Below are positions 1-9,204 of a DNA stretch of 64,000 nucleotides, piece after piece (position 1 is the stretch's first letter; each line of letters opens with the position of its first letter). Position numbers and translations under genes: made by a program. The notes beneath the pieces were generated by a model that did no database searches, was not told the DNA's origin, and saw nothing but the letters and a program-made list of their open reading frames with translations. The stretch is from an uncultured Eggerthellaceae bacterium. GTDB lineage: Bacteria > Actinomycetota > Coriobacteriia > Coriobacteriales > Eggerthellaceae. The stretch lies in the NCBI GenBank assembly GCA_910577495.1, contig CAJTML010000002.1, forward strand, positions 4,503 to 68,502, written 5' to 3'.

Positions 1-2788
1 CCTTGCGAATATAGCGCTTGATACGCGACGAGGTCTTCACCGTGCGAAGTTTGCCCTCTTTGCCAATCACGCAAAGATCGCCTGCGCCCAATGCGTCCAG
101 GTCAATAATGATGGAGCCACGCATATCTTGCTGATGCTCATCCAAGAACGCGCGCATGCCGCCATTGTGCTCCAGCTCGGAACCCAGCGCCACAAACCAC
201 ACTTCGGTATTAATATCGGGATTGCGGAACTGATAAATCTGTTGCAGCTCGTCTTCGATCTCAATTTGGCCTGCTGCAGCGCTGGCTGCCTCTTCGACGA
301 TCTCTTTAGAATCCAGATCCGCTGATTCCATGCGGCGAACCGAGAACGCGCCACCATTCCAGCTGTCGTCTTCAAACGAACCACTGGTTGCCGAGAACTG
401 CTCGTCATAGCTATCGTAGTCGGCCGAGCGGAAGCTCTCCCAACCGCCACGCTTCGCGCCTACGCTGCGGGCGTCAAAGTCTTCGTCAACATCAAGCCAC
501 TCTTGCGGCGTTGGCTCAACATCCTTGTCCTTATGGCGAAATTTGCCGAACAAACGCTGCATGCGCGACTTCGGCATCTCAACATACCCCGGACCGGCAA
601 AAGCACCCGTCTCAGTCATGCTCTCCTGATACGCTGAGTCGTCGACATCATCAATATAAATGTCTTCCGGAGCCACATTCTCAATCAGCTCATCGCCGAT
701 GGGCGCAAATGAGCCCGTGGCTCCTGCTGGCACAAACGCACCAGCAGCATTAACGCTGGTCACGGGTACGGCCTGCGTCTGCATCGGGTCAACCGAATCC
801 GCATCTTGCGCAGTTACCTCCGGCACGCCCATAACAGGATGGCTTCCCGACCCAATCGGATCAAGGGATCCGGTGATGCTTGGAATCTTTCCGGTAGAGC
901 CCGTTGCATGCGGATCGTCCAGCGAGATTGCCGGCAACAACGTAAGCAGGCTTTTCGCTGCAGATTGCGAAGACGTCTGGGCATCGGCTAAGGGTGCTCG
1001 CTGCTTGGTGAGTTCTGCAACCGGCGTGAGGTTTGCCGTGTTCGCATCAATATCCGGAAGCTGGATCGGCGGGCGCGCGGGCTGCGCGGACTCCGTCTCA
1101 ATAGCCGGCACCATAATACGCGGCGAATGAGGATTAACCGCAGACTCAACCGTCGGAACAAACTCAACAACACCACCTTGTGCAGCGCCAGCGGCGGGCG
1201 CTCCTTCAGCCACCACGTCGGTCGTTTCCACTTCAGACACGCTTGTGACCTGCTCGGCTTGCACCGCGGGCTGCGAGCTCGTCTGGCCTGCCGACTGCGC
1301 GGTTGCCCACTGCGGAGCCTTGACTTCGCGAATTTCATCTCTGCCTGCCGCTAAGCTTTCTTCAAGCTCGTGCTCAACAATATTGTTCGCCTGGGCGAAA
1401 TGAGCCGCCGACTCAACCACCGCAGCGTCCAGCGCACTGGCGTACCGAGAGCGCTGTGCGGGTTTCTCGGGCTCGTCGGACTTTTTCGCCTTCGCTTGCG
1501 CAGCCTTAAACCAAGCCGGCACCGAATCATCTTCCTCGGGCTCGTGCACGGGCTCTGCCTGCAGCACCATTGGCGCTTCGTCAGCATGCGCATCAGGAGT
1601 TGCTAACACTTGCTGCTCAAGCGCTTCGTCAGCTTGCTGTTCGTCGGCAAACACTACCGCATCAAATCCAGCACTCTGCTCATATTCGCCATCTTCTGCT
1701 CCAAACAGCGAAGACATGGTCTGCTGCTCAAACGCCTGCGCGGCCGCAAGCGCCTCCTCTTGCTGACTCCGCTGAGCACGCGCAGCACGATTGCGCATGC
1801 GCTCAAGCTCATCAGGCGTCGGCGCGCCTTCAACTGGTTTGCCCAAAAACGCCGCCATGGCCGCCTTTGCGGACGCCAAACGCAGCTCCTCATCACCATA
1901 AAAGTCTTCGTCTTCTGCAGCAGAGGCGGATGTCGTCGGATGCGTCATGTAAGTCAGCTCGGTGTCGGGCGAAACTTCGCCACTTGCAAGCGCAGCGTCA
2001 TATCCGTGCACGACCGCATTGTCGCGACGTGCCAGCTCAGCCTCGCTCACGCACCCCTTGCCCACGCGGCGCGCAACTTCCAGAAGCACCGCGGTACCTG
2101 CGGCGTTGCAATTTGCGCCTTCGTTGTAGGGGCTCGCTTTGTGCACGATGCTCAAAATAGGCGGAATCGCGGCAATCACCAACAACACAATCGTAATCAC
2201 GCGCATCACCGTGTTGCCCATGCCTTCTGCATTGGCGAAGGCTACCGTGTTGATAGCAAGCACAATGGGCAGCAGCACAAGCGCGCCAACGATCACCCAC
2301 TGCATAATAGGCAGGATCTTGAGCAGCACCGGAGACGTTTCAGGGCGAACTTTGCCGCTGTCATAACGTGCGACGAGAATCACCTTAAGGCGACGAGAGC
2401 TTCCCGTTTGTGACGAAAAGCCCGGGTCGTATTTCGCCACGACGTTTTGGCTGATGCCGCGGCTGAGTAAATTCGACAAAATTGGCTTGTCCAGCGCCTC
2501 TAAAACGTACAGTACCGCAGCAATGGCGGTCACGACGATGGCTGCAACCCCAACAGCCGGCACAATGAGCGCGGCGATGGTGATGACGATAGCGCACAAG
2601 CAGCAGATGAGATTTGCCAAATTGAGATCGGGCGAGCCCTTGAAGTCCTCCATAACAGCGGAGAGGCCAGCTTCTTGCTGCATCTGGTCAGTAATATAGA
2701 GCGCAGCTTGCTGTTCTTCTTCAGTTCCCGCAGGGCGCGGGCCTATTTCTTGTGATAAATATGCAACATGATCAAGTATTTCAGGCAT
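1..2788 (-). CDS. M28-peptidase-like integral membrane protein; 3' end runs off the window, so it is absent from the ORF track
   Basis: Hand translation from the ATG at 2788 (GAAAGG about 8 nt upstream) stays open to position 1. It reads MPEILDHVAYLSQEIGPRPAGTEEEQQAALYITDQMQ..., then hydrophobic helices, ...VILVARYDSG..., ...YNEGANCNAAGTAVLLEVARRV..., a long A/E/Q/P-rich segment, then ...VWFVALGSELEHNGGMRAFL...IIIDLDALGAG. All minus-strand ORFs listed in 1-2800 lie in the other two frames. The motif order matches the M28 aminopeptidase scaffold. Confidence 0.6.
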   Translation of the reverse strand, partial: MPEILDHVAYLSQEIGPRPAGTEEEQQAALYITDQMQQEAGLSAVMEDFKGSPDLNLANLICCLCAIVITIAALIVPAVGVAAIVVTAIAAVLYVLEALDKPILSNLLSRGISQNVVAKYDPGFSSQTGSSRRLKVILVARYDSGKVRPETSPVLLKILPIMQWVIVGALVLLPIVLAINTVAFANAEGMGNTVMRVITIVLLVIAAIPPILSIVHKASPYNEGANCNAAGTAVLLEVARRVGKGCVSEAELARRDNAVVHGYDAALASGEVSPDTELTYMTHPTTSASAAEDEDFYGDEELRLASAKAAMAAFLGKPVEGAPTPDELERMRNRAARAQRSQQEEALAAAQAFEQQTMSSLFGAEDGEYEQSAGFDAVVFADEQQADEALEQQVLATPDAHADEAPMVLQAEPVHEPEEDDSVPAWFKAAQAKAKKSDEPEKPAQRSRYASALDAAVVESAAHFAQANNIVEHELEESLAAGRDEIREVKAPQWATAQSAGQTSSQPAVQAEQVTSVSEVETTDVVAEGAPAAGAAQGGVVEFVPTVESAVNPHSPRIMVPAIETESAQPARPPIQLPDIDANTANLTPVAELTKQRAPLADAQTSSQSAAKSLLTLLPAISLDDPHATGSTGKIPSITGSLDPIGSGSHPVMGVPEVTAQDADSVDPMQTQAVPVTSVNAAGAFVPAGATGSFAPIGDELIENVAPEDIYIDDVDDSAYQESMTETGAFAGPGYVEMPKSRMQRLFGKFRHKDKDVEPTPQEWLDVDEDFDARSVGAKRGGWESFRSADYDSYDEQFSATSGSFEDDSWNGGAFSVRRMESADLDSKEIVEEAASAAAGQIEIEDELQQIYQFRNPDINTEVWFVALGSELEHNGGMRAFLDEHQQDMRGSIIIDLDALGAGDLCVIGKEGKLRTVKTSSRIKRYIRK

Positions 2789-2847
2789 ACTATTTGCCTT
2801 TCATAGGTAGTTACATCCAACTTTGACATACACGCTTCAAGTATACG

Positions 2848-4104
2848 CTATTTGGTCTGTTTACCCAAATAATCACGAATTGCGGCATCTGAAGCCCCTG
2901 CTTGGGTTCGCGCGGCCTCAAATGCTTCGAAATCCTGCTTCGTCGCTTGGTCAAACGCCGCTTCATAAGCTGCCGTCGGGTCTTCGTCGAGACCTTGCGC
3001 AAGCTCAGCCGCCTCAGCATCTGCTTGGTTGTAGGCGTCGTTTTGTGCCTGCGCCTCTTCTTTGTTGCGATCCAGAAGTGCCTGGTCAGATGCCAGCGCA
3101 TAGCCAAGAGCTTCGACACGTTTTGTAATATAGCTGATATAAGCATCCCGATTTACCGCGGGATAGTTTTGTTGCGCTTGTGATATCAACTGGGAAGCGT
3201 TATTGAGTGCGTCAATGGCTGCCTGCGTCTGCTCCATAGACGCTTGGATGTTCTCCGGTGTGGGATCTTCAACCAACGCCGCCGCTGCGCGTGCGTCCTC
3301 GTCGGCCTCGGCAACTGCATACCACCCGTCCATCATCTGCTGTGATGCGCTCTTTGCGGTGTATGCCGCTTCCAAGATCTGCAAACCGTACGAGATCATG
3401 GATTCTCGCGAAGAAATTGCCGTCACGGTTTGACCGGCCACATCTTGCTCGTCGCTGTTTACGAGGTTTGCTGAAGCCGATTTCGCCAGCTCATCAGCCT
3501 GATCCAGTGTCGGCAACACCTCTTGTGTTGCTTGGCGAATGCTTTGCAGCTTCTCTTCGCTCACTGATTCGAAGGGGTCTTGCAACTCCTCATCTAAATC
3601 AAGCATCACTTCGTCAGTCTGCGTAAGCAGATCAATTGCGTCCGACAGCGTTTGCACGTAGCTTTGCTCAGTTTGATGCGCTTGGTACAAATACCCCGTG
3701 CCGCTTGCCAGCAACACCACGCTTATTACTATGATCACCAAAACCGCCATCAAGCTGCGGAAACGACGGCGCTTCTTACGACGAGCAATTTCCTCATCAA
3801 ATGACAGCGTCGGTTTGGCTGGTTTTGCGGGCTTAGCGGCCTTCGAGGCTTTGGACGCTTTAACACCCTTTGCGCCTTGAGCGGATTTGCCTCCGGTCGC
3901 GCTGACGCCCGCACCTCGACCTGCGGCGCTTCCACCATCTCCGCCGGCGCCTGGCGTACGCTTGCCATTTCGGGGAATGACCCTTGTAGAAGCCTTTCCT
4001 GCGGCTTTTTTTGCCCGACAGCGTGAACAATGAGACCTCGCCCACCAGCGGCAGTTCGTCGTCCCCGCCGTTGAGCTGGGCATTCTTTGCCGCATCAAGC
4101 ACAC
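2848..4104 (-). CDS. Membrane-anchored coiled-coil protein of unknown function; the true N-terminus is probably in another frame (ATG at 4186), see the A7 frameshift finding
   Basis: Listed 418-aa ORF. It has a Lys/Gly/Ala-rich basic region (…GKSAQGAKGVKASKASKAAKPAKPAKP…), one TM helix (LMAVLVIIVISVVLLASG), and an A/Q/E/D-rich helical ectodomain. The first ~33 codons (MCLMRQRMPSSTAGTTNCRWWARSHCSRC) look non-coding. Confidence 0.55.
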   Translation of the reverse strand: MCLMRQRMPSSTAGTTNCRWWARSHCSRCRAKKAAGKASTRVIPRNGKRTPGAGGDGGSAAGRGAGVSATGGKSAQGAKGVKASKASKAAKPAKPAKPTLSFDEEIARRKKRRRFRSLMAVLVIIVISVVLLASGTGYLYQAHQTEQSYVQTLSDAIDLLTQTDEVMLDLDEELQDPFESVSEEKLQSIRQATQEVLPTLDQADELAKSASANLVNSDEQDVAGQTVTAISSRESMISYGLQILEAAYTAKSASQQMMDGWYAVAEADEDARAAAALVEDPTPENIQASMEQTQAAIDALNNASQLISQAQQNYPAVNRDAYISYITKRVEALGYALASDQALLDRNKEEAQAQNDAYNQADAEAAELAQGLDEDPTAAYEAAFDQATKQDFEAFEAARTQAGASDAAIRDYLGKQTK

Positions 4105-4193
4105 TGAACGAGAGCTCGTTTGAGGTGCCCTCGGTTCGCCGCTTAATATGTGCAGCGTGGTTAAGCTTGTCGTGCCGCTTCGCCATAGATCGC

Positions 4194-7100
4194 TTACGCT
4201 TCGCCTTTCGCTGTGTGTGCAGCAATCTCAGCAATGATGTCTTGAGTAGGCATAATCTTAATCGTTTGCGAAGGCAGCGAGTTCAAAAACGTCTTGCCAT
4301 ACCCCTTCGTCACCAGGCGATTATCAGCAAGAATAAGAATGCCGGTATCGGTTGATTTGCGAATTAGGCGACCAGCTGCTTGCTTTGTTTCCAACACCGC
4401 TGCCGGCAGCACGAAATGGCGCCAGGCCTGGTCATCACGCGCGGCGCGCTCGCATGAGAGCGGATCACTCGGTTTGGCGAAGGGCAGCTTCGGAATCACC
4501 ACGCCTTTGAGCGTGGAACCAGGGGCGTCAAAGCCCTCCCAGAAACTTTTAAGCGCGAAAAGCGACAGGTGCTCGTCTTTAATGAAGTCATCGCGAAGAC
4601 CTTTGACTGACACGCCCCACTTTTGGCAGACCAGGCGAAGCCCTTCAGCTTTTAGCTGGGGTTGCGCTACATCAAAACACGATTCCATCTCTTTTCTGTT
4701 GGTGAACAGCGTTAGCATAGAGCCTTTTTGTGCCAGGTGAACGCCCACTAAGAGCTCTTGCAGCGCCGCCAAATACTGCGGGGCATTTGGCTCAGGCATA
4801 TCTTGCACCACGTACACCGTCATCTGGTTATCAAAATCGTAGCTAGAATCCACTAAACAGCTTGAAGCAGAGGAGAATTCGCCACCATTTAACCCAAGCG
4901 CTTCTTCGAATGACTTGAAGCTTTTGTTCACTGTCAAAGTTGCTGAAGCTAGCACCACTGAATGCGTATGCGCAAAGAGCTTCTCGTTGAGTTTTTCGCC
5001 AACATTAAGTAAGAGCGCCTCTAAAACGTCACTCTGGCGATCCTTCTTCTTGTTGAGCTTTGCGGCATATGCGTAGGTATCCAACGGATTAGTGAGAATG
5101 ACGTTTATTGCGCCGATCTGGTCTTTCAGCTCCATTGCCACCAGCGCAATTTCACGTTGAACCTCAGCTGCGCCCTCAATATCCTCCAAGAAACCAACCA
5201 AGTCCTGACACGCCGTAATAACCTTTTCAGCGTGGTTTTCAAGCTGAGAGCCCAACTCAACCAGTGCCTGGAACGTATCCGACGAGCGAATCTCAGTGTT
5301 AATCCAAAGCTCAACTATGTCGTATGACTTATTGCGCTTATTTGCGTCGAAAAAGAGCAGATCCTTAATATGTGCGCAGAATTCCTTCGCCACCAGCGAA
5401 TACTCTGCCGACGCCAACTTCGCCTTATTCGTTAACCCGTAGAAGAGCGTGCAGCTCTCCCCCATGAGTTTCTGCTCAACCTTACGTTCAGCGCGATTGT
5501 ACAGATTTCGCGTGGAGTCGGTTTCGCCAATCTGGCTTACCAGTCGACTGATTTCTTCGGCATTAAGTTCAACTGAGAAAGCTCGGCGCGCTTCATTCTC
5601 AGCACCGTGAGCCTCATCCAGCACCCAATAACGAAGCGGCGGCAGCAAACCACCATCAGCGGCCTGATCACAGAAGAATAGACTGTGATTAGTGACGACA
5701 ATGTTCGCCGCCTCGGCCTTCCTACGCGAGCCATACACAAAGCACGTATTACCATAAAAGGGGCATTTCCGGCGCAAACATTCCCTACTGGTCGTAGTAA
5801 TTGACCAGCGTGGCAGTGTTCGGTAGTCAATCTTGAGGCTATCTAAATCGTCGTAGTCAGATTGCTCAATATAAGACAGCAGGGCTGCATACGCAGGTGC
5901 TTGCGAAATCTCTTTGCCGGCCACCTCACGTGTTCCGATGCCGTCTCGTCCAATCCGGTCAATCTTTCGCAAACACGGATAGTGCGAAAATCCCTTCAGT
6001 GAAACAAATTCCAGCTTCCCAAACGCAGGATTTTGTTCTGCTAGCGCTTGGCGAAGCGCCGGAAGTTCATGATAAACCAGCTGGTCAAGCAACGCGTTCG
6101 TCTTGGTTGCAACACCAACTCCTATATTATTATCAAGCGAGGTCAACACCGAAGGTACCAGGTAGGCCATAGACTTGCCAACCCCTGTACCCGCTTCAAC
6201 CATGAGGTTTTCTGACGTCGCAAAAGCATTGCGTACAGCTTGCGCCATCTCTAATTGCTCTGCACGCGGCTCAAAATCATCGTATAAACACCCAACAAGA
6301 CCAGCTTGCGAAAAAGCTGCCTCAATATCTGCAGGCTCCGGAAATACGAGTTTTCGCTCTGGATCTGCAGCAATATCGTCGGCATCTAACTTCGGCTTAC
6401 CAATTACATTCGTAACTCGCGCTTTTCGCATCGTTCTGAGCGAGTAATTAACATCAGTAAACGTCGGTGCACTCTCAGTGCTCCCTGAGTCCAGCGCATC
6501 CTTATTGTTTGAACTCTCTCGCTCTGCCAGTTGCAGCTGATGCTGCTCTTTGTACTGGTTGGCGAAATACTCAAAGACAATTTGCGTTGACCACTGATCC
6601 GGCGTTGCGAGGTCAGCAATCTCACAAACTAACGCGCTCGGCATACTCGCAATAGCAGCTAATAGAATCCTGTAGATTGCACACGTAGCAGCGACGTCAT
6701 CGTCTGCCCGATGCGTTGATACTGGCGCCCCAAACGCTTTTACCAGGTCAATAAGCCGATGAGACTTCATTCGAGGAAGTGCAATGCGAGTCAAATCTAG
6801 CGAATCAATCCATTGATTCGTCAGCAGGGGATATCCACTTGGATGCTTCGTAGTAAATGTTCTATCGAATTCGGCATTGTGCGCAATTACTTTTGCGTCG
6901 CCAACAAATTCGACCAACTGAGCCAACGCTTCTTCTGGTGTAGGGGCGTCAGCCACGTCGTCATCATGAATGTTTGTAAGATACTGCACATCGTCAGGAA
7001 TGGGTTTACCTGGGTTAACAAACGTATTAAACCACCCAGTGATTTCGCCATTCTCCATCCGGGCAGCTGCAATTTGCGTTAACTCATCATGGTGGAAGGA

Positions 7101-7259
7101 AAAACCAGTAGTTTCAGTATCGAGAACTACGATATTTTGATCCAATTCACCAAATTTTGCGTGCTTTGCAATATCAGCCAAGCGCTCGTACCGAGCAATC
7201 ACGTCTTCTGGCGTTCCATCTAAGATGTATGTTGATAGTTTTGCTGATCCCATATCCAT
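4194..7259 (-). CDS. dinG: DinG-family ATP-dependent DNA helicase with an N-terminal DnaQ-like 3'-5' exonuclease domain
   Basis: 1021 aa. DEDD exonuclease motif VVLDTETTGFS...HNAEFD. Walker A GTGVGKS. DEAH box VLDEAHGAEN. Cys cluster (CLRKI…C..RKCPFYGNTC) at the Fe-S position of XPD/DinG helicases. Confidence 0.9.
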   Translation of the reverse strand: MDMGSAKLSTYILDGTPEDVIARYERLADIAKHAKFGELDQNIVVLDTETTGFSFHHDELTQIAAARMENGEITGWFNTFVNPGKPIPDDVQYLTNIHDDDVADAPTPEEALAQLVEFVGDAKVIAHNAEFDRTFTTKHPSGYPLLTNQWIDSLDLTRIALPRMKSHRLIDLVKAFGAPVSTHRADDDVAATCAIYRILLAAIASMPSALVCEIADLATPDQWSTQIVFEYFANQYKEQHQLQLAERESSNNKDALDSGSTESAPTFTDVNYSLRTMRKARVTNVIGKPKLDADDIAADPERKLVFPEPADIEAAFSQAGLVGCLYDDFEPRAEQLEMAQAVRNAFATSENLMVEAGTGVGKSMAYLVPSVLTSLDNNIGVGVATKTNALLDQLVYHELPALRQALAEQNPAFGKLEFVSLKGFSHYPCLRKIDRIGRDGIGTREVAGKEISQAPAYAALLSYIEQSDYDDLDSLKIDYRTLPRWSITTTSRECLRRKCPFYGNTCFVYGSRRKAEAANIVVTNHSLFFCDQAADGGLLPPLRYWVLDEAHGAENEARRAFSVELNAEEISRLVSQIGETDSTRNLYNRAERKVEQKLMGESCTLFYGLTNKAKLASAEYSLVAKEFCAHIKDLLFFDANKRNKSYDIVELWINTEIRSSDTFQALVELGSQLENHAEKVITACQDLVGFLEDIEGAAEVQREIALVAMELKDQIGAINVILTNPLDTYAYAAKLNKKKDRQSDVLEALLLNVGEKLNEKLFAHTHSVVLASATLTVNKSFKSFEEALGLNGGEFSSASSCLVDSSYDFDNQMTVYVVQDMPEPNAPQYLAALQELLVGVHLAQKGSMLTLFTNRKEMESCFDVAQPQLKAEGLRLVCQKWGVSVKGLRDDFIKDEHLSLFALKSFWEGFDAPGSTLKGVVIPKLPFAKPSDPLSCERAARDDQAWRHFVLPAAVLETKQAAGRLIRKSTDTGILILADNRLVTKGYGKTFLNSLPSQTIKIMPTQDIIAEIAAHTAKGEA

Positions 7260-7387
7260 AACTTGATACGTTAATCCTCTTCAATCAAATTGTGCAGTCC
7301 TCGAATTATCTCACGATTCGCACGCTTAAACCTGCATAACTTCAATTTGCTACGTTATAGTAGTTTTAAAACATGTTTGGGGGTTAT

Positions 7388-8032
7388 ATGGCTCAAGATC
7401 AATTCTTTGGAACGTACTATCAGTTCGAAACTGCCTCTAAGAAAGATGCTGGTCTTTTACTTGGTGCAGATAATCTGGTTGGAGATATTTACGATATTGT
7501 CTTCAAAAAGGAAGACAATACTACAACCGCCTGGCTCCTTAACCGCTTTGGTCAAGAGGTTGGCTTTTTTGACCAGGAGAAGTCTCGACAGTTATCCCTT
7601 CTGACTGCTAAAAACTGGGAGGTTAAGGCTATTCTTTCCTTCGTTGCTTTCACTGAAAGCCCGCAACCTGGATTTTATTGGGGCGAATGCGCTATTGTTG
7701 CTTGGTCTCATAGTATTAATGATCCAATGCAGAAGTTCTTAGCAAAGACTGCACAGCGTATTGGCGAAGGAATCAGGCCAAATCTTGATTTTGGTAAGCA
7801 AGGTATTCAGCAGATCATTGAATCTGATGGTACGTGGCAGCCTCAAAAAACTATTCCGCTTCCAGCCAAGAAACCCGGCACTGTTATCATGAAGTCTCAT
7901 CTTAAGCTTTCCGAGAAGATGATTGAACAAGGTCGCAAAGGGAATAAAGGCTGTTATATCATCAGCTGGGCGTTTCTGTTAGCGCTCGTTGCACTTGTAG
8001 TGATATTTGGAAAGTCATGTATTGGTTTTTAA
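7388..8032 (+). CDS. Hypothetical protein with a C-terminal TM anchor
   Basis: ORF 7373..8032. The ATG at 7388 follows TGGGGG (RBS-like). The C-terminus ISWAFLLALVALVVIFG is hydrophobic. I recognise no family motif. Confidence 0.5.
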   Translation: MAQDQFFGTYYQFETASKKDAGLLLGADNLVGDIYDIVFKKEDNTTTAWLLNRFGQEVGFFDQEKSRQLSLLTAKNWEVKAILSFVAFTESPQPGFYWGECAIVAWSHSINDPMQKFLAKTAQRIGEGIRPNLDFGKQGIQQIIESDGTWQPQKTIPLPAKKPGTVIMKSHLKLSEKMIEQGRKGNKGCYIISWAFLLALVALVVIFGKSCIGF

Positions 8033-8053
8033 CGTTACGTTATTCGGTGACAA

Positions 8054-8076
8054 AAAGGGGCGATTAACGCCCCTTT
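8054..8076. terminator. Bidirectional intrinsic terminator hairpin between convergent genes
   Basis: AAAGGGGCG-ATTAA-CGCCCCTTT: a perfect 9-bp stem flanked by A-run and T-run, between the 7388..8032 (+) gene and ddl (-). Confidence 0.7.
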
Positions 8077-8097
8077 CCTATTTCTTCAATATCTGGC

Positions 8098-9036
8098 TTA
8101 TGATTCTAGCGCCAGTTCTATCAACTCAGTACAAAGTTCTGAGAATGACTGACCTGAAGCACGAGCAGCATCCGGCAAGAGCGAAGTTGCTGTCATTCCA
8201 GGTAAGGTATTCGTCTCTAACGCCCAAGGTTTTCCTGAGCCGTCCAGAATAAAGTCCGTTCGCGATACTCCTTTACAGCCCAGAGCGTGATGAGCTTTAA
8301 CTGCATGTTCTTGTATCATCTCAGTTAAGTCGTCGTTTAACTCCGCAGGACATACGTGTCGTGAGCCGCCAGGCTTATATTTGGAGTCAAAGTCATAAAA
8401 ATCTCCCGTTGGAATAATTTCAATAATCGGCAATGCACGTGCATCATCGTTACCAACTACTGCAACCGTTAATTCTTTACCTTGCACATAGGTTTCTACA
8501 AGAACCTGGTCGTCAAAGGTAAGAGCTTCCTCAATTGCCTTTTGAAGCTCCTCTTTTCCTGAAACAATAAATACACCAAGTGTACTGCCTTCTTTACTTG
8601 GTTTCACTACGCACGTGTCACCCACCAGAGCAATAATCTTATCAAGATCAACATCTTCGCTTGTGGTAAGCGTAATAGATACCGGCGTATTTATACCATT
8701 ATGTGAATAAAAGACTTTTGCTTTGGCTTTATCCATCGCTAATGCGCTTGACCACACATTTGACCCAATGTAGGGGAGTCCTACAACCTCTAAGAATCCC
8801 TGCATAGCACCATCTTCGCCGTATTTGCCATGTAAGCACAAGAAAGCAATGTCAAAATCTTCATCAATGAGTTTTTTTAGATCATCTTTATTCGCAGGAT
8901 CGAGTTCTGTGACTATAAATCCAGCTTCTACAAGTGCTTCTTTCGCACCTCTTCCCGACATCAATGAAATCTGTCGCTCTCCGCTTCGACCACCAGCAAG
9001 AAGAGCTACACGAGTTTGCGAAGGGTTAATTTTCAT
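8098..9036 (-). CDS. ddl: D-alanine--D-alanine ligase
   Basis: 312 aa. N-terminus RVALLAGGRSGERQISLMSG, and an ATP-grasp pattern typical of Ddl. Confidence 0.9.
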   Translation of the reverse strand: MKINPSQTRVALLAGGRSGERQISLMSGRGAKEALVEAGFIVTELDPANKDDLKKLIDEDFDIAFLCLHGKYGEDGAMQGFLEVVGLPYIGSNVWSSALAMDKAKAKVFYSHNGINTPVSITLTTSEDVDLDKIIALVGDTCVVKPSKEGSTLGVFIVSGKEELQKAIEEALTFDDQVLVETYVQGKELTVAVVGNDDARALPIIEIIPTGDFYDFDSKYKPGGSRHVCPAELNDDLTEMIQEHAVKAHHALGCKGVSRTDFILDGSGKPWALETNTLPGMTATSLLPDAARASGQSFSELCTELIELALES

Positions 9037-9123
9037 TCCTAGTTAACCTCCTAGACTGTTATTGCACAGTCGGATTTGAAATAAGTTCATTCATTATAAG
9101 GCAGCTCATATCTCAAATAAACA

Positions 9124-9139
9124 TGTTTCACGTGAAACA
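9124..9139. promoter_or_regulatory. parS centromere-like site, 16/16 match to consensus
   Basis: TGTTTCACGTGAAACA in the ddl/rlmN divergent intergenic region. It is identical to the canonical Spo0J/ParB parS palindrome. Confidence 0.85.
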
Positions 9140-9204
9140 ATATAATCATTTAACAACATAAGACCAGGTAGATAAAAGGTTTTATAATCAGGTATAATCA
9201 AACT

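Noticed and set aside
660-2413. Plus-strand ORFs in 388..2413 (e.g. 660..1130, 1570..2160, 1610..2413)
   Set aside because: They lie opposite the uninterrupted minus-strand frame that carries M28-type motifs. Their sequences are Arg/His/Cys-rich nonsense.
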